This document shows, piece after piece, positions 24,881 through 36,948 of a DNA stretch of 54,952 bases (position 1 is the first letter of the stretch; the number at the start of each line of letters is the position of its first letter). The DNA is from Podarcis bocagei (taxonomy: Eukaryota). Location of the stretch: the NCBI GenBank assembly GCA_964188305.1, contig OZ076896.1. One strand, written 5' to 3'. Below the pieces are notes generated by a model. The model searched no databases. It was not told the DNA's origin and was given only the letters and a program-made list of their open reading frames with translations. The translations under genes and the position numbers were made by a program.

Positions 24881-25015
24881 GCAGTTTGCTGATCTCACCA
24901 CAGGATGATTTGGAAGACACAATTTATGAACAAATGTGCAAGCCAAGAGCTCCAAATAAGCTGTCACTGTTACGTTCTCTTCAGTATATGTTAGATATGG
25001 ATTAATACTGTAAAA

Positions 25016-25152
25016 CAGCATCCCCTAATGTAGTGCCTTTGAGATGTTTTGGACTACAACTCTCAACAGCCCCAGCCACCACAGCTGTACTGGCCAGGGC
25101 CAATAGGGCTTATAGCCCCCAAATCTGGAGGTCACCACATAGGAGAAGTCTG
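25016..25152. mobile_element. Degraded hAT-type palindromic MITE
   Basis: AGATGTTTTGGACTACAACTC core shared with other MITEs in the window. Confidence 0.55.
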
Positions 25153-26569
25153 ATGAAAAACATAGTGTTTGAGATTCACTTTAACGCTGAAGTGTCAGCT
25201 TTCCTCGTATTTATTTTAAGGAACCGAAACAACCTCTGTATGCTAATCTTCGTAGCTCTGCATATACTATATAATTATAATAAAAATGATTTATTTTTAC
25301 TGTAACTTTTTCTCACCATGTTTTCCGATTCATAAAAAATAGTGGAAATTTGTTAACAGTATTTAAAGGTGATAATTTACTGCTGAATCTCCAGAATAAC
25401 TTGATGTAATTATGCAGGCCTTGAGGAATAGGCCTAAAATGGTTTCACCTCAGGCTGAGAGACCAGAGCAGTCATTTAGAGTGGTGGCATACATGGCATG
25501 TTATTCAAGACTCCAATCTGATTTCAAAATGTTTCGTTTAATATAGTCATTTTAAGAGGCTGGCAGAAAAAGAAACACCCACTATACAATCTCCTGTGGT
25601 AGATCATTTCCCCTAAAATATCACACGTAGAACGTAGCAAGTTTCGGCAAGGACAAGACAGAAATTGAACCAATTTGAAAGGCAACAGGAAAAACACATA
25701 CTCTGTACTTTATTTCAGAAGAAATAATGATGACTTGCCTCCACTATGTGATTGTGCATAGATTTAAAGTTAAGACTATATACTCAGGATGTTGCCACCA
25801 CTTAGCTTTAAGTTATTGAAGACAAATGGAAATGCTTGATCTTATTATTTTCACAATAGCAAAAAACAAAAACCCCTCAGTATTTTTCTCATGCATGCTA
25901 AAGTTTCCCAGAAATGTCTGTGAGTAATCTGTCTTCTAAAAATGAGAGGGGCCAGAATTAAAGCACAATTTGATATCCTGGTTGTAGCCCTGGGCTCTAA
26001 CTGGGGTGGAATGTTTGGGGAATGGACCTAGGACTCACTGAATTCAGGCAAGTTCTACCTTTGTTCTCAAAATAGCATGGAAGGCGAGCTTTTCATACTT
26101 TTGATTCTTACATTAGCCTGGTAGAGAATTCAGCTGGAATACTGCATTACCTTTTATGCCAAGAGACAAAAATATAATACCAACAAAAGAGCGAGGATAA
26201 AAATGGGAATAAGGTTACTGCAACATTTGTAGGATCACCAGGCGATGCTGCTGAGTAGAAAAATTCCCTTGTATGGTGTGGATCACGTAACGTGGATCAT
26301 TCTTAGTCTAGGGTAGGCAACTAGATCCGGCTGATGGATTGGATACTTGCTCCTCAGTCCTTTCACCTTTTGAAGTTCAGAGGCCCATTTGCAGGCACAG
26401 TTTGGATTCGAATCACCTCTGCAAGTGAACAAAACGGGGTCACTAACAGCTCTAGGGAAAGCCAATAGGCCAGTGTTAACATATCTACTTTCCATGCAAA
26501 ATGTCTCAGGTTCAGTCCGTGGCATCCTCCTGCAACACTGGAAGAACAAGAGAGTACCAGTTGGGGGAT

Positions 26570-27746
26570 GGTAAGTCAGCTCCCTCTTTTAGGAGGGGCT
26601 GCTTTGCGGGCAGGTATCCGGGTCCCAGCAGTGACCTGGGAGTGGACGGAGGATGAAAGGTGAACGATGGCATTCACCTTTCGGACATGGACATTGATTT
26701 TGGGGTTCCTGGTATCATGGAGGGCATTAAGTGTTGGCTGCAGGTGTGAGGGTGTTGGCGGCGAGCCTTTGGCTCGATTAGCAGTTAGGCATTGGGTAAG
26801 CCTTTTTATGGGAGGGGAGGTTGTGCCTCCGCCTGCCCCTCCACATTAAGGGTACCCCGTTAAAGGGATCCGGGTGTTTGGTTCCTGTCTGAAGCCTGGG
26901 CGTGGGCAATGCCACAACCCCAACAGTGACCCTGGTGTGGCGTTTGCCCTCCTAGGTGTGTGACATCATACTGGGTTCATAAGGAAAGGGTTAACTAATT
27001 GTAAAATGACTAACCAATGGGAACCCAAGGGGCAGAGTTAACTGTGTATAAGGTTTAAGCACAGAGGGTTTTTTGAGAGAGTTAGAGTTAGGGTGGTTGA
27101 GAAGACAGTCTGGAGATAGAAGAGACAGAGACGATAAGTCTGTGGGTTGGGCTAGTCTGGTGTGAGACAGTGAGAGAATTTGTTAAGAGGAGCTAGTCAA
27201 ACAGTTGAGATAATCAGTCAGAAGGTATTAGGAAGGTAGAGGCCGGTAAAGAAACTAAAGTTAAGATACTGACAGGAATATTATCTGACAAACCATAAAC
27301 TTGTTAATGTTTGTAAAATAAACTTACTTTTTTGTTTTGTTCACTTTTAACAACTGTCTGGACTCAGTGTTTTACCAGAGAGTAATGGGTTGGTGGCAGC
27401 GGGGAAGCAAGCACAGTGGTGGCACAGGGATCAATAGAACGTTAAACGTCCGGGGACCCTGTGTGATCACACTTGGGGGAGCCCCCTCAAGCCCCATGGA
27501 GTCGGCGCCTATGGTGCTCAATTGATGTACATCATAGGGCTCCCCCTTCCAGTGGTTGACCCTTTAGAGACTTCCTGAAGACAAGCAGGAGTCAGGATAT
27601 AGTCTTGCTTCACCCAGTTGCCTAAGCCAAACCGCTCACATTTTGTAACCAATAAAGTTGTGGCCTTATTTATCCCATTAACCAAATATACTTGTGTTGG
27701 CGGATTTATTTCGTGGGGAGCTAGGGGTCCACGGCCTTGTCACACA
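26570..27746 (+). mobile_element. LTR-like/DIRS-like repeat copy 3, interrupted by a solo LTR
   Basis: GTTAGGCATTGGG, TGTAACCAATAAAGTTGTGGCC (~27645-27666) and a GATTTATTT..GGGG..TCACACA terminus like copy 2. Confidence 0.5.
26959..27471 (+). mobile_element. Probable solo LTR (513 bp)
   Basis: TGTGA...TCACA termini, CCAAT, TATAAG, GA-rich R-like region, AATAAA at ~27317; no TSD visible. Confidence 0.6.
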
Positions 27747-27959
27747 AACTACTGAGCTTTGCTTGTCATTTCAGTTGTTTAGCATGTGAATAAGAACCAT
27801 CACAATCTCAAGCAGCCAGAAGAAAGATGCCTATCTTCACAGTTGAAAGAATGCCTAAATTAGGAAACTAATACTAGGAAAGAGGGAGACCTTGAGGCTG
27901 CACACAGATCACCTGGTTACAGAATCCCCCACTATGGTGAGACGTATTGTGCTTCTATT

Positions 27960-28240
27960 TCATTCATTCATTTTTTAAAAAAATCTATTTTGTTTATTAA
28001 ATTTACACTCGGCCCTTCCTCCCAAAGGAGCCAAGGGCAGCAAACACACCTGTGAAAAGACAAGGCCATTAAAAACAAAAGCAAACCTATTTAAAATATT
28101 TTTTTAAAAAATTAAAATCATATAAAACTTTTTTTTGAAAAAGAACCACAACGAAACACCGTAAAACATTGAAACCATTTTAAAAAAGATGTGTCTGAAA
28201 AGGCCCACTGAAACAGGAAGGTTTTCAACAGGCATGCAAA
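27960..28240 (-). mobile_element. L2-like 3' tail
   Basis: CCCTTCCTCCCAAAGGAGCC terminus, A-rich UTR, AAAGGCC..TGAAACAGGAAGGTTTTCAAC. Confidence 0.55.
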
Positions 28241-29652
28241 ACATTATAGTAAAATACATTTAAATTATAGTAATTTCTAAATGCGCATCTATACATAAAA
28301 TTACCATATGTCAATTTTAATGCTAACCTGTCCCCTTTTTATGTGGGGGGGAAGTGGAGATGCATTTTTCTCTCTTTTGCCAGTAAATAAGTGGTCACCC
28401 TACTATAGCAACTGAAACCTTGAAATCCTTTCCCATCTGGCTACATCTTCCCTTTATAAAAAATGTTCTACTAAAATGTCATTCCCTCTCCTTTTTTTTT
28501 TAAAAAAAGTTCCTTTTGGCATATATCTGTGTGAATAAATAATGCCGCAGTGTTCAAACACAAAGATCCTGTGGCCCATTGTCACCAGGAACCTTGGAGA
28601 CTCAGTGCTGTAGCTGAAGAGACAGAAGTTTCTTTTTGTTATGAAAAATGTTTTTGTGAAGAACAAAACAGGGAAGAGAAAGTAACTGCTACAGAATACT
28701 TGATGGGCACTTTAATCTTCTATTAATATGCAAATTTTGTTCTTTACAACCCCTGGTAAAGATTCACTCCCCCCACCCGCCACCCCCATCAGGCTATTTG
28801 AAAATAGTCCTTTTCTCCCCAAGGTCCTTCTGGCCTGAGTCTAAGTGAAATACTGTTTCTATGCTAATTCCCAAGACCCTCTTGTAGGCATCATTTTCAT
28901 TTGAAATTATGTGGGGTTTATTGAACCACATTTGTAAAACATTCCACAGCTGACTTCCTTCTAAAGATCTCCTTTAATAGAACCGAGTCTCCCCTGTTGA
29001 TCTGTGTCGCGTGAGGATGCCAAACGAAATAATCTGAAACAACAAAAATAGATTTATTTATTTTTTTCAAAAAGAAAGCATGTAAAGAAATTTGGATGTA
29101 AACTACAGACAAAAAAGGCATTTTAGATTCATAATCAACTTAGGGGGGGGAATATTGATGGGATGCCTGGTAAATATCCAGAAGATATTACTACTGGTAA
29201 TATTTCCTTTCATAAATGCTACCCCAGGAGTAAATACAGAAGAAAGTAGAGCTGAATATAATATCCTTACCAGTGTCTGTCCAAAATCACATTTCCTTCT
29301 AGTAATATAGCTATCCTAAAAATGCCACCCTAGAGTAAAAAAAATAAAAAATTAGAAGAGTAGAAACTCAGTTGCTGCAGTGTAAGGGGAAATTGAGAAG
29401 TGTTTGCACTTAACTGTATATAAGCAATTCAGTGCAGTCCATTACTGGATCTCTGGATTTTCCTGCCATTCATTACTATTTTTCTATGTCTCTTTCCCCT
29501 CCCCACATTCTACCAAGAAAGTAGTGTCTAAGGGCCATGCTTGCCGTATAAGTTCCTATAAAATTTCCTGAACTTCCTTTTCCAAATGCAGATGAAGAAG
29601 AAAATCAGCATTTCTCTCTGAAAAGGCTTTTGCTTGGAATTATAAACATTTG

Positions 29653-29973
29653 GCAATCAAAACTGATGGAATATGCAGAGATAGTTAAATTTGCTAGAAG
29701 AATAAGAGATCAAGATGAGAGACTTTTTTTTAATAGAATGGGGGGAAATTGTCAAATGTATGACATAACTTACAGGGAGTAAAAAGATTAAATTTGTAAA
29801 TAGGTTTGAATTGGTTATGTAGTAAGATTGCAATTTAAATTAGAAATCACGGGGGCGGGGGGATTTGAAGAAGATGTAGGTTGAATTTGGTTAGATTTAA
29901 TTTTTGTTGTTGAAATATTGTAAAATGCAAAAATTGAAAAATAAAATATTTAATATTTGACAGTAAAAAAGAA
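29653..29973 (+). mobile_element. 5'-truncated L1 3' end
   Basis: WQSKLMEYAEIVKFARRIRDQDE; AATAAA and A-rich tail; perfect 17-bp TSD GGAATTATAAACATTTG (29636-29652, 29974-29990). Confidence 0.9.
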
Positions 29974-30028
29974 GGAATTATAAACATTTGTACTTCGTTT
30001 CTTATACTTCAGCCTATTCTATATAGTA

Positions 30029-30377
30029 AGGTAAAGGGACCTGTGACCATTAGGTCCAGTCGTGGACGACTCTGGGGTTGCGGTGCTCATCTTGCTTTAT
30101 TGGCCGAGGGAGCCAGCGTACAACTTCTGGGTCATGTGGCCAGCATGACTAAGCCACTTCTGGCGAACCAGAGCAGTGCACGGAAACGCCATTTAGCTTC
30201 CCGCCGGAGCGGTACCTATTTATCTACTTGCACTTTGATGTGCTTTTGAACTGCTAGGTGGGCAGGAGCTGGGACTGAGCAACGGGAGCTCACCCTGTCC
30301 CGGGGATTTGAACTGCCGACCTTCTGATTGGCAAGCCCTAGGCTCTGTGGTTTAACCCACAGCACCACCCGTGTCCC
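30029..30377 (-). mobile_element. Full-length Sauria SINE
   Basis: Perfect 13-bp TSD ATTCTATATAGTA (30016-30028, 30378-30390); canonical head, core and tail. Confidence 0.96.
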
Positions 30378-30896
30378 ATTCTATATAGTATGATAATGTA
30401 ATTATGTTCCTCTGCCTTCAGTCTTCGATGTGAATCATCTTGGATTGCTCAGCATATTAAAAGTTTCATTTACCCGCTGTTCAAGAGTTAAGAATCCTGG
30501 GATGATTCAGCTGGGGGCCTTTCCGGAGGATCATTTTATGGCACAATAAATGTGCATTTATTTCTCAGTTGTTGCAAGGCAGCATTTTGCCAGTCCTCGG
30601 TAAGGAATCTAAAGCATCAAACTTCTTCTCCCATTAAGAATCACTTTATCTGCCAAGAACTCTGGACTTCTTCTTAAAGGACACTTCTTAAACACTACTT
30701 CTCTGTTTAAAACAGTGAGATAGGTATCACTCCTCTGTATGAGTGTACAAAACCTTTAAAAAAGCCCAGGACCTTAGTTTTTGAACATGTCTTTGTTTTC
30801 ATTTTGCCTGGGGAAGCTGCCCTGTTCTCATCCCATTGGCGTGCCAAAGTATATTACAGTTAAAGAAGGGAGACTGCACAAATTGGTATGTATATA

Positions 30897-31244
30897 CCGT
30901 ATTTTCTCCCTATTTGGGGGGACTCCAAATTCAGAAAATGGGGGAAGATTGCCATGAGTTGTTGAGCTTTTTAAAGGGAGGATTGCTGAAAATCGCTCAC
31001 CCGCATGACCTACGCTGCCACTCACATGCATTGCAAAAGCCACCTATCGTCCACCCAATTGCCTCAGCGACAGCCAATCAACAACAGCCCTTGCCACAGC
31101 CACCAATAACACGCACAATAGCTGGTGACAATCTTTAGATCGCGACGGCAACCAATCCCATGTCAACCCTACGCACTGACAACTCCAAATTTTTATCATA
31201 ATTTTGTAAATAAAAAAGCTTGTCTTATACATGAAAAAGTATGG
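30897..31244. mobile_element. Tc1/mariner (Tc2-like) non-autonomous element
   Basis: TA|CCGTATTTTCT ... GAAAAAGTATGG|TA: imperfect TIRs flanked by TA. Confidence 0.65.
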
Positions 31245-31249
31245 TAGGT

Positions 31250-31276
31250 ATGATGATGATGATGATGATGATGATG

Positions 31277-31320
<44 letters not shown>

Positions 31321-31342
31321 TTATTTATACCCCACCCATCTG
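31250..31342 (-). repeat. (GAT)n(AAT)n compound microsatellite attached to a ~20-bp L2 3' stub
   Basis: Followed by TTATTTATACCCCACCCATCTG, identical to the L2 terminus at ~21900-21921. Confidence 0.8.
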
Positions 31343-31451
31343 ACATTCATCTGGTAGGGAGCATACACATGTACTTCTCTATCACATATATGGTCTCCTC
31401 AGTTGGCAAGGGTATGGAACAATCCACAGGGTGATAGCCAACATTGGTCAT

Positions 31452-31694
31452 GAGAGCCAATATGGTGTAATGGTTAGAGTGATGGACCGTGACCTGAGAA
31501 ACCAGGGTTCAATTTTCCACTCAGCCATGAAGCTCTCTGGGTGATCTCAGCCTAACCTACCTCACAGGGTTGTTGTTGTGAGAATGAAATGGGGAGGAGG
31601 AGAACCATGGCCACCACCTTGAGCTCGTTGGAAGAAAAAGTTGGTATATAAATGTAGCAATAAATAAACAAATAAATAAATAAATAAATAAATA
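31452..31694 (+). mobile_element. Squam3-like SINE with (TAAA)n tail
   Basis: GAGAGCCA.TATGGTGTAATGGTTAGAGTG, GGTTCAA B box, CCTAACCTACCTCACAGGGTTGTTGT, (TAAA)n. Confidence 0.85.
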
Positions 31695-32671
31695 GTCATA
31701 TTAGGGCAGACCCATTGAATTCAGTGGGTTTAATTTAACTCTTTTTCTCTACTCTGGGTCTACTCTGAATATGAGTAACATATAGTCCTTAATAACCCTG
31801 AACAAATTAAACACTGGCAAATCCAGATAAAAAAACTCCTTGGTATACAGGGTCCTTTTATGCTCTTTCTGCTGCCATGATCAAATGTGAAGAAGCATAT
31901 GAAGAAGGTGATTTGGTTTTCTGTTGAGTTTCACAGCACAATAAGTAAACAAGCCACTTAAACATTGAATCCACTCTCTAGGTAACGTAAAGTTGTTATG
32001 TCATATAACATCTTCAGGTTTGCCATAGTCATCAACCTGATAATAATAACAAAACACACTTTCCATTTAAAGGCTTCAAAGTACTTTGTGAACATTAATT
32101 AATCCTTACAGCCCACCATAAGTGAAGATGGGAATGATTATTTTTCTGCTCTGTCTTGACATCCACTCCTCAAAATGTAGAGGCTGGCTTTGATGTTTTC
32201 TTTCATATTTTCATGCTCACTTAAATAAGCTTCAGTGTTCAAGGCTACATTATTGAATGCATAGTGCTGTATCCATTTGTACATATCCCCTATTTATGAA
32301 CACTATCTACAGAGAACCACTTTGAAATACTTTAAATACAAAGATGCAAAGACGCACACACAAACTCTACAAATAACCATGGGTAAATACAACCGAACTG
32401 ATCACAAAGAAGCACCTTTTATTTCCATCTCTCAAACCATCTCTCTCTAATTCAGCTCTTGGCATTGAAGAACAGCTTTAAATCCCTGGTTAATTAACCA
32501 GAAATGGCATGTAAATAAAAGCATTGTCCTGATTATCTCACATGTTTGCTAGCACTTAGTTGAAAAGGAGAGTTATTAGGCATGATGTGACATGATAGAA
32601 ACGAGCCAGCTGTGCCAATGGTCTAATCATCAATAAAGATCACAAAGAAGGAAGTGAAGATTGTCTTAGAT

Positions 32672-32807
32672 CAGTGGTTTCCCAAACTTGGGTCTCCAGC
32701 TGTTTTTGAACTACAATTCCCATCATACCTGACCACTGGTCCTGCTAGCTAGCAATGAAGGGAGTTGTAGTCTAAAAACAGCTGGAGACCAAGTTTGGGA
32801 AACACTG
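32672..32807. mobile_element. hAT-type palindromic MITE (second, degraded MITE adjacent at ~32830-32955)
   Basis: Same family as 9372-9507; imperfect TSD TCTTAGAT / CTCTAGAT. Confidence 0.85.
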
Positions 32808-33055
32808 CTCTAGATACTCTCAAAGTAGAATTCCTCAACCTTCCCCTCTCCAGATCTTTTGGACTAAAACTCCCATCAGATCCAGCCATCAGAGCTGTGC
32901 TAGCTGGTAGATGTTGTCCAAAATATCTGAGGAGGGTCAGGTTGGGGAAGGTTATCCCAGATACTGTAAGAGTTCTTCTCTGTAAAGGTGAGACTTCTCA
33001 TCTGAAACTGAAAGCCAGTGTGGTGCAGTGGGTAGAAGTTTGGGGCTTGCTCATA

Positions 33056-33400
33056 AAGGTAAAGGGACCCCTGACCATTAGGTCCAGTCGTGGCCGACTC
33101 TGGGGTTGCGGTGCTCATCTTGCTTTATTGGCCGAGGGAGCCGGTGTACAGCTTCCAGGTCATGTGGCCAGCATGACTAAGCCGCTTCTGGCGAACCAGA
33201 GCAGCGCACGGAAACGCCGTTTACCTTCCTGCCAGAGCGGTACCTATTTATCTACTTGCACTTTGACGTGCTTTTGAACTGCTAGGTTGGCAGGAGCAGG
33301 GACTGAGCAACAGGAGCTCACCCCGTTGCAGAGATTCGAACCGCCGACCTTCTGATCAGCAAGTCCTAGGCTCTGTGGTTTAACCCACAGCGCCACCTGA
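33056..33400 (-). mobile_element. Sauria SINE inserted in an older tRNA-SINE head
   Basis: 12-bp TSD GGCTTGCTCATA (33044-33055, 33401-33412); the flanks join as GCCAGTGTGGTGCAGTGG...GGGTTCAAA (A and B boxes). Confidence 0.93.
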
Positions 33401-33424
33401 GGCTTGCTCATATTTGGGTTCAAA

Positions 33425-33600
33425 CATAGGAGCCAATTCCTAGGGGCTGAGGTCTATTTGAGAGGGCTTCCCCTTTCCCAACGTGAGAGGAATTCCTGTT
33501 CAAATGGAGTGTGCGCGCGCCATGTCATGTGATCAATTATGTGTGGTGGAGCTTATCTGGAACACAAACACACAATATTTTATTCAAGTTGGCACCCCAG
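33425..33600. mobile_element. MITE-like element
   Basis: Imperfect TIRs AGGAGCCAATT / AGTTGGCACCCC. Confidence 0.45.
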
Positions 33601-33671
33601 TATTCAAATATGGAGCTCACTGAAGATCAGGAGTCAGTCACTTTTTCTACACTACTTCAAAATTTTGCTCC

Positions 33672-33735
33672 GAAGAAGAAGAGGAGCAGGAGGAGGAAGA
33701 AGAAGAAGAAGAAGAAGAACAGCAACAGCAACAAG
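33672..33735. repeat. Mixed (GAA/GGA/GCA)n trinucleotide repeat
   Basis: Direct tandem repeat. Confidence 0.85.
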
Positions 33736-35645
33736 ATAGTCTGATGTATGCTGCTCCCAGTTCTTGGACGAAAGGTGGGACACAAATGTATTTCTGTGCA
33801 TTATTTATAATAAACTGTAATTAATAAATAAGTATCATTTCTTAAATGTGCTCTATAAACAAGTTCCATGGAACCTTAAAGAAAACTTTGCTGCACAAGG
33901 TTGGGGAATGAAGACGGCCTCAGCTTAAAACACGATTGCTGTTCAGTGGGGAGCATCCTTAATGATTTATAAAGCCTGTGATGGTAGCTTGTGATGGCTA
34001 AAACCTCTGAGTAATCCAATAAGGATCGTATAGTACTGTGCCCTTTATGCTTCTTCCAGTAGCTGCATATGAAGCTCTTTGTTTATGACCCAGGAAATGG
34101 ACTAAAAGCTTTCTTGGTTCATCTCTGTTCACAAAATTTGTTTTTGAGATAGTAATGTGCCATTGCATTTTAATACTTAATATAGTAAATCTCAAGCATT
34201 TCACTGCCTTACAATGCTTACATAGTTATGGGAATAGCTCCCCCCCCCAGGGGGGGGGGGAGTTGGGCTTCATTCCTAGATGCCTTTTGGCCCTGCAGTG
34301 CTTTTCCCATTAAGCTACTGCAGCAAAATATTAGGGTATCTATTCTAGGCTTTTTCTGGAAGACGGTCTTATACGCTCCTGCTCTTAAAATGAAAAAGCA
34401 ACAGCAACAATCCAGTTGCTGGCTTCCAGGTGAAAAAAGTTGCCAAGATGCAACAAATAATAAAGGCCTACATGTAAGAAAGTGTACGCACATTTGGGTG
34501 GTTTGCATTTATCATTTATTTTTTATTTCAAATGCAATATTTGTGAAAACACATTTTGGGTTTTTTGTTTTGTTTTGTTTTTGTTTTGCATTCATAGCCT
34601 TGCTGTTAGTTCCTGCTGTCCCTTTCTAGAATTTTCTTTCACCGCCCCCTCCCCTCTCCATTTGTGGAGTGTCAGACAAGGATTTGAGAGACCAGGGTTC
34701 AAATCTCCATTCAGTCAGAAGCTCACTGGGTGTGTCTTTGGGCCAGTCACTGCCTCTCAGGTTGCCCCAAAGATGAACAGGGCCCTGCAGGTGGCGCATG
34801 TGTGCGATGTCACCCATGTGCCGTGCGTTGTGCGCATGCGACGTCACATCGTCTGGAGGAGGCTGAGTGCTCTGGAGAAGCTGCAATGCGGGCAGCACAT
34901 CATGTGTGCTGTCACATGCGCATGATGAGTGCTGGTCCCCTTCAATCTTGAAGGAAAATATGTAAACATTCTCTAGGAGTATGATAATAAAATGTCAAAA
35001 CCAGGAGGTATTACTCTCTTATGCTACCTGCTTAAGAAGTTGTCCAAAGCATAGTTAATTTAGGAAAAAATGCACTGCCAAACTCCTTATGGTTCAGTGA
35101 GGAACAGCAAAGAGGCCCCAAAGGATAGGTGTGCCTTTGTTATGTACAGTTCATAAAAGACTACCAGCTAGATTTCCCTATGTGGCTTATTTATTTTAGT
35201 GTGTGTGTCCCTTACATTATGGAGGATGTCCTGGGTACAGATGCATGTCTTTAAAGGTTTCATAATAATGGTGAAACAGAAATCTCAGTATTGCACATAG
35301 ACTGATTTTTTTAAAATCAGGGAACCAAAAGGTTCTCATACTAAATTATGAACACAATATGGATCAGCTATCCAATCAAATTCAAGATTGAAAGAAAGAC
35401 AATTCTCAATCTTTGGGGTTTTATGTTCATTAGATGTTCCAGTGTGCAGCTCTTCTACTGCAAGAGAGATTTTGGTATTAAAGCCTATGAGTAATAGAAA
35501 TATTCAAATTATGGTTAAAACTAGCTACACAATCTTTGGTAGGTTGTGTTAGACCTTTTTTATATAAATGAGGCTGCAATCATATACTTATTTATCTGAG
35601 AATAAGATCCATCGAGCTCAGTGGGACTTACTTCTGAGCAGACAT

Positions 35646-35965
35646 TTTATTATTTATTCATTAAATTTCTATCCACCCTTCCTCCCAAAGCAACCTGGGT
35701 TGGCAAACAAAAAATCAGCCAAATAATATATTCCTTAAAAAATAAAGCATTTAGATAATTAAAAAAAACAAAACAAAACCAGCCATCAAGGACAGCTAAT
35801 CATTTCAAGGTTGTCAGGAGCAGTATTATTCAGTCTGTATGAACAGGAATGTTTAAAAATTCCTCCTGAGTGTTAATAATAATGGAGACAGATGCACTTT
35901 ACTTGGCAGGGCATTCCATAAACATGGAGCCACTACCAAGGAGGTCCCGCTATGCATCAGCAGAA
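35646..35965 (-). mobile_element. L2 3' fragment, apparently inside a palindromic MITE
   Basis: CCCTTCCTCCCAAAG terminus, GGCAGGGCATTCCATAAACATGGAGCCACTACC; flanked by GGCTGCAATC (35572) and AGGATTGCA (~35980). Confidence 0.6.
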
Positions 35966-36813
35966 TTGGGCAGAATACAGGATTGCATGACAGAATCTGC
36001 TCACTTTATGAATAGGCTAACAAATGAATAAGCTCGGTGATGGAATTCCATTGGACAAAAACTGAAAGGAATGGGAAAGAAAAGTTGCAGGAGTCCACCC
36101 AATAATAACAACATACTAAATTTAACCACATGGTGATAAAATACTGCAATATTTATAACTCACAATATCTTTCTTTATTTTTATGGCATTTTTCAAATGA
36201 TGATTATAAAATGGTAAGAAAATAGAAATAAGTGGGAGGGAATCAGCAACGGAATCTAAAAATATCCTTCAGTGAGATCTGCCTGTCCACAAGTAGGAAT
36301 CAAAAATTGTCCATATTAATGCCACTCAAATTTTAAGACATTGCAGCACAAAATCTGCCCGTGATGATAACATAACAGGTTGGGTGAATCTGAAAGTCCC
36401 CTTCTTCTAATGGAGGAAAGCCCTCTGCCAGAGGAAGGGAACCTTAGATCTATCTCAGTGTTGCTGCAACAATGCTGCAATATCATATTACATAGTGCTA
36501 AGTTATTGCAAGTAATGTGTGTCTGTACATATGGGTCTTAAAGACTCCCAGTAAAATAAAGCATGAAAAGCTGAAATAAAACAGTTTTTTAATAATAAAA
36601 AAGAGACTCACACAGCTAACAAGTTTAAACTATATGAAAAAGTCTGGCGGAATAAAAACATATCAATTGCCTGCCTAAAATAGAGGCTAGTATGCCTTAT
36701 ATGTCTGTCTCTTTGTGAGGGTGGTTCAATATGGAACCCATTAGCAAGATGAGGTTGCTTTGAATAGTCTGCTGGTAGTTCCTTGGAAAGGCCTATTTAT
36801 TGATTCTGGTGAG

Positions 36814-36948
36814 CAGTGCTATTTTTCTAGAAAAAGAGGTGCTGGAACTTACCACGAACGCCTCCCTTGTTCTCTTACAATGGCAATGGCACCTGTCTGT
36901 GAGGTGCCAGAACTGAGGTCCGGTGAGTTCTAGCTGAAAAAAGCCCTG
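36814..36948. mobile_element. MITE (hAT-like)
   Basis: TIR-like CAGTGCTATTTTT / AAAAAAGCCCTG with subterminal GGAACT/AGTTC; no TSD seen. Confidence 0.6.

Noticed and set aside
32795-33277. 160-aa ORF (and similar 30043-30249)
   Set aside because: Read-through of MITE and antisense Sauria SINE sequence
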